Positions 53,676 through 64,000 of a DNA stretch of 64,000 nt are shown here, piece by piece. The notes beneath the pieces were generated by a model. It ran no database searches. It had not been told where the DNA came from and worked only from the letters and a program-made list of their open reading frames with translations. The DNA lies in assembly GCA_051362555.1 (NCBI GenBank), contig CM120640.1:24104225-24168224 (forward strand), in the 5' to 3' direction. A program made the translations under genes and the position numbers. The stretch comes from Lingula anatina (lineage: Eukaryota > Animalia > Brachiopoda). Numbering within the stretch: the first letter of the stretch is position 1; each line of letters begins with the position of its first letter.

Positions 53676-56600
53676 CTGAAGGTAGCAGCGACACATCCCA
53701 AATTACAACAAGTAAATATTCCTTTCATACAAAAGTCTTGGAACAACTAGAACTCATTCATAAAAATAATGGATGAAATTTATAATGTGTCATAATAATT
53801 AATAGTTTGGAATAAAAAGGAAAAATACTTATGCATATCAGTGAACATTTTTTATTACTATTTGTTATTATCTGTGAAATATCCATAAATATTTCTGACT
53901 TAGAGTTAATCATCTGCAGGCCTGTAGTCAGCAATTTCAAAGGAAAGGGGGCTGCTTTTGTTAAAAAATTAAGTGAACATTTTCACCATAAATGCCAAAA
54001 AACATTCATGTAGATCACATTTTGACACATAACAGATGGACAAGGCCAAAAGTGTGCCTCATTCAATCCCAAATCCCCTGCCTATGGGCCTGATCCGATT
54101 TTTCTAAAAAAATCTTTAAGAGTGGAGTGTATTTGCACTAGATGGCACCATGGTCTTATCAATGTGGCATATGGCAGCCAATATGGTGATTGCCTCCTTG
54201 GCTGGATGACATGACAGATTTTGAAGTGTCTGCAGGCAGAAGAGCCTCCATATTGCAGCAGCCAGCAAATGCATCGGGCTGCTGAAAGATATGATATATC
54301 CCACCCATTTACACAATGTCTATCTGTGCTGCACAGACAACCAAACTGCCAAAGTCAGAATCAAAGGCCAGAGCAACAGTTCGGTAACAGTTCAATAATG
54401 AAGTACTTAACAAGGAATTGCACAAGCTAGATAGCAATAATGCACTGAACAAAAGCGAGGAATTTTGTCAGATGGGAGATCGAAAAATGAAGGATTTGAC
54501 AGTTTAGCAATGATATGGGAAAATTCTACCCCAGCATGGAAAAAAAATGTCTCATTGAAAGGGCACACGGTGTCTTGTGTCACTGTGATATTTATTCATA
54601 ATGCAACAGGGACAAAAACCCAATGATGACATTTCATACTGAATGTTATTCCAATCTCTTCTGAAGTGAGATCAGGCTCAGCATGAAACCTAAAGATGTA
54701 GAGCAATTAGTATATAATCTGTTGACACAGACGCTAGGTACTTCAAATCCAGGATTAAGACTTCATCTGAAGGGCTACCTATCAGGCCCTATAAATGATG
54801 ATTGCTGTTTATGATCTTGAGGAGCCACGAATATGTGATTGTGAATGCCGAATTAATGATTCCAATCACCATTTTATGCCATGAACATAGAAATAATAGT
54901 TATGAGTAGCACATGAAAGAGTTCTTTTATCCAGTTCTGTTAAAACTTTCAGGCTTTTTTTCTCAACCCCAAATTTTTTTTGCAATACCTAAGTTATATG
55001 ATTTCAACAATCCCAGGCACATTCAGAAAATACCAAACGGGAAGGTAAGCGGATTAACTGTTCACGATTTGCATCACATTGATAGAGACCACTTTTTTAC
55101 ATTCATGCAATGAAACTGTGGCATCATTAACTTGGCATTTGATCACAAACCCCAGGATCATAAACAGCTCTTTTGTATAAGGCCTGTATATGGTGGTCAT
55201 TTTCAAAATTAATTTAGCCAAAAGATGCACAAAACTTGCATAATATTTCCACGTAAATAAATTACCAGGAACTTCAGAAGCAACCCTCTTCTTGGATTGA
55301 CAATATTTTCAACCACATCAAAGAAATTTTTTTCATTTAGTTAATTTGAATGCCAATTAATTCATAATTGGCCTTTTCACCCCACTTTTATGTCTGCATG
55401 CAGATAAATTGTTAAATATGAAGTAATAACCTTTCCTGAGAAAGTGCACCAAATGTTCAATAGAAATGAGTAATTATTGGCTGTTATGCAAAAAATGCCC
55501 CAACTAGCTAAGCTTGTGCAACTGTGTATACATATGAATGTATTTAGTTTATACGTCAACCAGTTCTTCATTAATTCCACCCTAATCTTCAGAGCTTCAG
55601 TGATTGATGTGTTCTTTGTATTACAATGCTCTGAGGGCTTCTCTGTCATGGCAAGAAGTGCTTGATTTGGATTTTTCAAAGATTTTCAAAAGTCATCCTT
55701 CACATTTGCCAATACTTGAATGGGGTATAATAAGTGATCAGATTGGAATGAGTAGCACTTGTAATGGGCAATGTTACACTATCTTTCTACAACACATGTG
55801 CACTGCTCTTCAATGATGACCCATGTAGAGCTCAGAGCCAAGAGACAATCAAAGATATGAACACTTCAACGTATAGCACTCTTCTGTACAGATTACCGCT
55901 GTGCTTTTATTGAGTAGTCACTATATACTGAATGATCTTTCAGCTCGAGATATTATCTTGCATGTACCTAGAGTCCTTTGAAGACCTTCTACAACTAAAT
56001 GGTATTCTATCCAAGATTTTCCAAACAAATCAAATTCTCCTACACATGAATCATTACTCGTCAGCATGCACTAGGGTTCGATGTAATGTTTTATACCAAG
56101 AATAATATGATTAAGTTCTTAATGATTGGCCAGACACTTACACCACCACGTCTTCCTGTACAAAACAAAAGGAAATGCTAACATCAGGTTCTTTTATTTT
56201 AGGGGTTTAACCCAATAGGTACTGGTTAATGCTGACCCATTAACTTCTGCAGGCCCAATTCATTCTGTGAGCTAGCCTTGAAAAGCAGGGTCACCTCAGT
56301 AAATTGGCCATAATTTATTTGGGTGCCTTTTTTACCCATACAAAGTGCATATTTTTAAAAAGCCTAGGCTACTATAGTGACTACTCAATAAAAGCACATT
56401 TACATTTTACATACTGTATCAAGAGTTATGGATAGGTTAAAAACTACATTATCATTTGGTAATGGGCGAAAAAAAAAAGGTGATTTATCTTATGCACATT
56501 TTTTTCATTTCTCCACACATTTGCCTGCAAATTCACAGGGATGATGCCAATTATGTTAACTGTCAATCCAGTAAATTTCAGCAAGTTACCTCCATTAGTT

Positions 56601-57156
56601 TCCAAGTTATGCTTGTTTTGCTATTAGGTATACTTGAGCCAGCTTTTCAGCTCACCTGAACATTGTTGGCCAGAGCAGCTGGTGCAGTAATGGTCCTTAT
56701 GGGGTTAATGAATTTTTATGTCTGAATTGGGAAAGCTATATTAGAAGCTTTATTTGAATGATATGTAAACACAGGAAACAAAAATAAATAAATAAAAATA
56801 CACAAATAAATGAAATATAAACAGATCACCCCATACTTTGCTGTCTAAATAGCTTTGTGAGTGTTAGTATTACTTGGAACTTAATCAGGCTTCTGAAAGC
56901 AGCTCAGGTGGCACCAGTCTGTGGGGAGTGGGCACTACCTTTCTGACAGCCAATTTGTTTTCAACAGATAGCGATATCATTTCTTCACACAGTGAATGCA
57001 TTCCCATAGCAGGTATGACCTTGCACGGTTAGTATAAATAATGCATGTGGCCCATGTTCTAAATTATGTGGATTTCTCCTGGGTACTGTGTGGCAGGTAG
57101 AGTAATTAGTAAGGACAATCAGGATAATGAATACCATAAAGTAGACCCATACTTAC

Positions 57157-57500
57157 ACAGTAAAATGATACATAAAGCACTTCCATCCTGTGGGACGTTC
57201 TAGGAAGTTATACACTCTCATTTGAATCGATGGCCTAGAAAAGGCTTTAGTCCGTAGCAAATTATAGCGTGCTTCATAGTTTTTGTCAAGTTGCTTTGGA
57301 CGGAAATCTGTAAACGTCTGAGAGTTTGTACTTGAGTTGACGTCCAGTTCGCTGTTCTCCAGGGACCCCGCCCTGTTCCTTCGCAGCAAGTCATTCATTT
57401 CGAATGAGGAAAGATTCGATGCCCGACTGTCGTTTCTCCGAAACATGGACCCTCTTTCCACTCCTCTAGACCCCGTATCCTGATTCTGATATGAGCTCAT
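57157..57500 (-). CDS. KCNQ1: KCNQ1-like channel, coding exon 1 (N-terminus, S0, start of S1)
   Basis: Ends ...[23 protein letters not shown](V), matching human KCNQ1 [24 protein letters not shown]; donor GT|GTAAGT, phase 2; 344 nt. The ATG at 57500 is likely but an upstream extension is possible. Confidence 0.93.
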
Positions 57501-57845
57501 GCTGAATCAATAGAATTACCAAAACACCATCACTTGCAGAAACACGCTTCAAAGCTCTGGTATAATTTGATAAATCAAAAGAGTTATTTAGTGAACAAAC
57601 ACAAGGTGGACCCCATTAGAATATATCCATTTCCATAAGTCTTATCATCCCTTGCTCCTGTGTTTGCTTCTGTAGATAAACGATATAAATGGGGCAATCT
57701 TAAAGTAATCAACAAATCTAGAGGATTCACATGAACTGTTTCAAAATGCTTCATTTTGATTTTCTGTCTTTGCTATCTCTGTCCTCCGAGTGTAATCTTT
57801 TGATGTAGTCCATCCAATTCACTGAGCTCAGCAGTAAGCACTTAC

Positions 57846-57864
57846 ACCTTCTCTTGTAATAAAT
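57846..57864 (-). other. Strong splice acceptor upstream of the KCNQ1 ATG; possible 19-nt microexon or start of a longer 5' UTR-containing exon
   Basis: ctattttctgtctctttccag|ATTTATTACAAGAGAAGGT|gtaagt. Confidence 0.5.
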
Positions 57865-58664
57865 CTGGAAAGAGACAGAAAATAGAAACTGAGCAATGTT
57901 TTATGGCATGTAAATCATGACATGGAGTACGGATCTGTGACATTATGTCCCTTGCATTTGTAAAATGAATTTTTTCGTTCCATTTTGTATTCAAATAAAC
58001 CGTTATGTATCTGTACTGTATTTCATCAAACTGGAGTGAAAAACAGATAGCTGAGAGTAAATGTTGGCAATCCACCTACACATAGGCCTAATAAGTGGCA
58101 ATATAAAACAATTCACAATAAAAGCAACCCATGGTCTCTGCACCATCAACATTCACTATTGTTCTTTAAAAGCCATAAATCAATATCTATCCTAGGAAAA
58201 TTTCACCTCATTTGGATCCATTTTGCAATGTTCCTAAAAAAAGAGATCTAATTTCTTCTCCTCATAACCTTGTAGTTATTCAATTCCATGGATCTCACAT
58301 TAGATTCGATCCATTTGGTGGGATGCGTTTGCTTGTAGCACGTTGCAGAGTATTATATCCGCCATTCTTTTTCTCTGTATGAAACAAATTTCAAGTTTTT
58401 TTTTCCTCAGCTAAAGAAGCTTAACTCTGGAGATGAGAGTAACAAGCATTTAGAACATATTTCAAAGGCTCCCAATGGTCTAGAGTGCCAACACCCAAAA
58501 TATGTATCAATTTTTCTTTTGTTCTTACTTTGTGTGGTCTGGCTTTCATCATTAGCTTAAGACAAAGGGGCAGTGTTTCAAGGAAGACATTTATCTTAAC
58601 ATAATAAATGTGGTCCACTATCATAGGATGTAACAGGACTGACAAAAATAACACTATAACTGGG

Positions 58665-58919
58665 TTCCCATACTTAGATCGATCTATCTGGATTGACCTA
58701 ACTCCATGGGGGGGGGGGGGGGGGGGGGGGGGGGGTTCAGGCTAAATTGCTATCAGTTCAAGTGGCTTAAATGTCTGCCACGCCTACTGAATCAGCTAGG
58801 GGTAAATATAATTACCCCTAACAGTTGTGCTAGGCGTGACAGACATTTAAGCCGGTTATTTTGATAGCAATTGAGTGAGACTCCCCATGGAGATAGATCG
58901 ATCCAAATATCTGTGGGAA
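58665..58919. mobile_element. Palindromic foldback MITE-like element containing a G28 run
   Basis: Paired blocks TTCCCA/TGGGAA, GATCGATCTATCT/AGATAGATCGATC, CTCCATGGGG/CCCCATGGAG, AATTGCTATCA/TGATAGCAATT, GGCTTAAATGTCTG/CAGACATTTAAGCC around a TAGGGGTAA..TTACCCCTA centre. Confidence 0.85.
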
Positions 58920-59749
58920 TTGTCCCTATGGGGCTGGTTTATAGAAACTACAGAGAGAAAATTAAGCAGATTCTTAAATGCTACAGTTGACATTTAAGTA
59001 CTATAGTAATGGGTCACCAGCTTAGTAGGAGACCATTTGAATTTCCTGCAAGGATGGTGATCCTATGATTGGTAAGATGTTTAATAAAACCTTAAAAAAC
59101 CTGTTTATTTGGGGCAGTGTTTAATCTGCCTTTAACAGGAACTAATCCTTTCTCAGTTAAAACTAAATATTGGGACATACTTTTTCATCAAAATCCATAA
59201 TAATGACAATAATTTCACGACCTGGCAAAATAATAGGTTCCATATAAAGAAAAACCTTTTTCTTAGAAACCAGCCTTCATTACTTAGTAATATCCTCAGA
59301 GTGGCTAACAGACAATTTAAATTACATTGCCTTTTGGAAAGACAGATAAGGTACCAAAGTATCATTTGCATGTGCACAATAATACTGCAAATACTAGAGC
59401 ATTATTGTGCAATTTACCCACTTCTGGGGACAGCATGGCTTTGCATGATTTCAGTTCTTTATTAGGACTGTCAAAACCTACCCAGACAGTCTTTCCCATT
59501 TCCCCAGTATGAGCTAATATACAGGGAACAAAACGACATTTTTTCCAGCTACTTTGGTGACTACACCCAAAAAACAAAGCAGAAAACCATGTTGACAGCT
59601 GTAGTTTCTGTGGATTAGACTGCCCAAAAGTGCGAAATATCTTACATGTCTCTGGTGGGGAAGAAATCTTGCCAAATCCCACAAACCTCAAATCTCAGTT
59701 TTGTGCCCTATTGGGTAACCCTCTCAATGATGAACATGTCTGTACTTAC

Positions 59750-59850
59750 GACAGGATCACTGGCTATAACTGTTCAGAAATCGGTGCAAGAGTTGTGTGA
59801 AACTACCAACCTGCGCCTACTTCACAACTGTATCCCCGAGCAGTACATGC
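59750..59850 (-). other. Candidate upstream non-coding 5' exon of KCNQ1
   Basis: Short CpG-retaining patch in a CpG-poor region, ending at a consensus donor GTC|gtaagt; 5' edge approximate. Confidence 0.3.
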
Positions 59851-61773
59851 AAAGATGAATTTGACTTGACTCAAATACTTATACTTTTGATTATCAATTT
59901 CTTACCTCAACATTCTGCACAAGACCAGATAAATTCTGCACAACAGAACCCATTTTCCTATGCTAAATGAACCTGAAGCGGCATGTCAAACAAACAGTGT
60001 ATCATTTCTTTGTTTTAGAGAGATCTGCATAATGATCAATAAAAAAAAATGAAATCGTATTCTTCTACAGGTAAAAATGAAGTTAGTCAAATGACAAGGA
60101 AGAGAACATGTGCCAGGATGAACAACTGCCATGTTTCTTTCTGCCTATTAGATCAAGTTGTTCCAAATTGATGGGGTTCAACTCAAAATTAAGATAACTG
60201 TCATAACTGTTGCTAACTCATATTTCATCAAGTGCATATGGTAGTTCCCTAAAGCCAACTGGTAGCCATTGCTATAAATCATAGTAACTGTTTTGGCAAC
60301 AGTGTAATATCATATGTTGTGCCATACACAAATCATTTTTCCAATACCAGATAATATCAGGGATATCAATAAGAGGAGAGATTCAATAATAACGGTTTAA
60401 CTTGTTTGGCACCGTTTGGCCTTTCTCATCACAATGTCATAACTATGGGATGGGAGAGATACACTATATCTTGTTTTCTCTGATTAAGGTCAAATGGCAT
60501 TGCATATATGTTTTCCAGGAATTAAATGGAAGAAGGAAGACGATAGTTCAGGCATAAATCACATTAAGTTTCTATGAAGACAGCTACTAAATAAATGAAA
60601 CATATCTAGTATTATAAGAAAAAAAATGCATAGAAACTGAACCTAGTGATTGAAAATGGAAACTGCTAGATAAAGCTTAGGCACGGATGTATCCTGCTTG
60701 TGGGTACAATGAGGTCTAGCTATGTTTATACAATAAAGTCAGAACAGATCTGAAACTATCTGTCTAAGGAGAACTGGAATTGTGCGCACATGAGCACAAA
60801 AAGAAGAAATGGACAATATAGTATACATATAGAAAGAGGCTACACAAAACATATACTCTGGGTAATTTGCTATGACTGAATACCTTCTGGCTTCCATAAT
60901 GAACCATGGGCACCATGCATCTCCCATAATAATGATCTCCATAATAATGACCTCTGAATTATTTCAATGCATATACTTGTCCCATTATGAGGACATGCTG
61001 CTAATTAGATCTCTTGTATAATTGCCGTGGTCAGAAGCCATATGTTATGAAGCCATATGTTATGTGGAACATAATAGAGAACACACATTTTCTAGACACA
61101 ATTGCTGTCCAAGTTAATTCTGCAGAGGAAGCCTGACACACTGTATGGACACCGCAAACTGACAAGGCAGAAAATCTATTAAAAGTGTTTACATTACAGA
61201 CCATTTCCAACATCCACTTGAACCGATACATTCACGATCATGGCAGATTAATTAAAGTCACATTACAGGATCATAAAAAGAATCACTCATCTGGAAAACG
61301 GCTGTCTATTTAATTCACTCAATATAAATAAATTTATAGATTTCACTTACTGCCACGGGTCACAACTTTGCAGAGCAAAACGCAAAGATGACCACATGCA
61401 TGACCAACACCAATGACATGATAAGACAAAAAGCATGAACTGTCAACACACTGCTGCATAAATCATGTGTCATTCAATTAGCTGTATGCATGCAATTGTC
61501 ACACTTCCAGATATACACATAATAGACCAACTGGCCCAGTCTGCACTACACTTAAAGACCTGTCAAAGTGATACCTATTAAAAAAGCACTGTTTTAGTCT
61601 AAAAAATGCCATAGTTTTTCAGAATTATTCTTCTTAAAAATATATATCTATTGACATTACTACATTATTTCTAATGTCGCCATCTCAGTCTGAACTATGC
61701 ACTTAATACTCCTATGCACAAGAACATGCAAAGCAGCACCCAACATTAGAAGTCATATTCAGAACCCAGCAGT

Positions 61774-61797
61774 AGTGTGTGTGTGTGTGTGTGTGTG
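61774..61797. repeat. (GT)n microsatellite
   Basis: Read directly. Confidence 0.9.
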
Positions 61798-63728
61798 CAC
61801 ACATGCATGCACAAGCACAGGAGCAAAATCTGTGTGTTGGTGTGAAAACGAGGTCACACAGATATGATTTTGTTGTGTTTTATACTGTGATTTTTACAAA
61901 ACACCAAATGAATTTAGCTAACTAATGGGCCAAACAATAGGATTTCTTATCATGTATGTTATTATATATATTACTGATGAAGATTCCAATAACAACCAAG
62001 AAGCATTTTGATTGCCCACACACTAAATACTTCATAAAAGAATTCCAATTTTTATGAAGCTACAAATTGTCTCCTATTGTTGAGTGCCATTGCCTGTTTT
62101 GTGTAATTAAAATTACCCAAAACACTGAAGTAAAAGTTTAAAATGTTATGCAGACTAATTTCACCCAAAAGGGTTCTCTCATTTGCATTACCTGAAATTA
62201 ACCTTCCTACGATACAAAATGCATTTTGCAAAAACATTCTCACTCCTGCACATGAAGTATTTTCCTTATCACTATAAATACAAAGGGAATCCCTTTAATA
62301 ATATAGACAAAATAAAAGTAATTTTAAGCAAAGTCCAATAGATTTACATTTTAATACATACAATCAACAAAATATTCCATGATACTTTCTCAAACTACAC
62401 TGGAAATCAAACGAAATTGAATCAAATCAATCAAATTTGGTGTAAACACTGGCAGATTTTGTCAATTTCGCTATCTTATTTCCAAAAGTGCACTTCTTGC
62501 ACATGCACAGTCGTTTGACACCTGTGCTATGTGTGCACATATACCCAGGGCATGCACATGCATGCGTTGCACACAGGGTCACACTGAAGAAAAGTCACCA
62601 ATATATCAAGGACAAATGACTGTTGTTATATATTTGCATTAACCACACTTAATGAAAATCTGATTTTCTAGAAACCTCCAGGTTTTTAAACAAAATCCCA
62701 CAATGCTTCTTATCTTGAACTTAGCAGAAGGAACGCCAACCAAAGAGAACTGAGAGTTAACCCTCTAACTGAACCAATCAAATGGTGAAACACAACCATA
62801 AATATTTTAACTACTCTCCATCATAAGTGGCTGTGAGCAGCAACACCAGACATCAGTCACTGGAGCCTTTTCATTATAAATCAGCTTGGCGACATTCAAA
62901 TTTCCATAAATGCAATCAGAACTTACCCACACAACTTTGGTATTTGAAGCACTGCTTGATTCAATCTTAGAAGAGCAAATGAGTTCAGAAACCCTTTATC
63001 ATTTCCAACCAACATTTGGTCTTGAATACATATTTTTTTTCTTGATCAGGCAAACAGACTACTTTCCTCAAAAGATGGCTCCATGCAACAGTACATAACC
63101 GTACGCTGGTGGCCATTACGATCCGTAATATTATCAGCTCACTGGTTCTTATTATGTTGGCTAAGACACTATGACAGGTTAAGCTTTCCTGGTCTTCCAC
63201 AGGCATGTGTGTACAGCTTGGAGAAAAATATATACACACAGCTGATTATATCTACCAACCTCTGCATACATCTATTTACCTGACTGTCAGTGGCACAGCA
63301 AGAGACATCAAGATGTGGACACAATCATCTTTGCAGATTTGCAATTCCCCGTAATTTAATCACCATAGTATAATGATGGAACCTCATTGGCTGTAGTTGT
63401 CATAGTAGCAGAATAAATAGAAGGAAGTCCTTGACGCATCTGGCAGTGTCTCGATCTCTGCTTAGCTCTGTTATGAAGATGGCTTCATTAGTGAAGAGAT
63501 GTCCTCTGCATGAGCTTTCAATGTCATCAAGTTTTCCTCTTACACAACAAGTGCAACGAATGATTACATCCTATAGGCAAAATAAGGTTAATACTGAATG
63601 CAATTCAAAGTAATGGAAAAATGATGCCCAGTCATAAGATGATATCAAAAAATACATCTAATAAATTGAAACAGTGTTATACTGATATTACTGAGGAACA
63701 GAGCAAATAGTGCACGATGGATCTTTAA

Positions 63729-63883
63729 GACCCCATTCCCATAAAAAAACATCCGTCTGCCTGGATCGATCCAACTCTGTAGAGACTCTTCCTGAATCTA
63801 CTGTTATACCCAGTAGAAGTTGGACGCTCACTAGTCTATTCAGTAGTGTGTTGGTAGCCCTTTCGTTATATGGAAATAGGGAC
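63729..63883. mobile_element. Degenerate MITE remnant related to the foldback family
   Basis: CCCCATTCCCATA...TATGGAAATAGGG ends; CTGGATCGATCCAACTCTGT core shared with the 29657 element. Confidence 0.6.
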
Positions 63884-64000
63884 TGGAGACCAGGCTGCTA
63901 GGAAGACGAAAATCAAAATAATGATGGCAGTCTAATACTGCAGGCCAAAAGTCTATTTTAAGGTAGACTACTTTTGGCAACATTGACTTCAAGCCAGACT

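Overview
Animal genomic DNA: AT-rich and intron-rich, with a mosaic CpG pattern typical of invertebrates. The taxon cannot be fixed from sequence alone. The dominant feature is a complete minus-strand KCNQ1 (Kv7.1)-type voltage-gated K+ channel gene. I could splice 14 coding exons (57500 to 20072) by hand into one open 1851-nt CDS (616 aa), with canonical GT-AG junctions and matching phases. Most exon sizes equal those I recall for human KCNQ1. The last intron is 17.7 kb and the 3' UTR is probably ~2.4 kb, ending near 17700. The left end (1 to ~4860) looks like the last intron, terminal exon and 3' UTR of an unidentified plus-strand gene. Between the two convergent genes lies a ~13 kb CpG-retaining (probably unmethylated) domain with promoter-like motifs and several small exon candidates that I cannot assign. 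The introns carry non-autonomous inverted-repeat transposons (PIF/Harbinger-like MITEs with TTA/TAT target duplications), microsatellites and short tandem duplications. Most ORFs in the supplied track are spurious.
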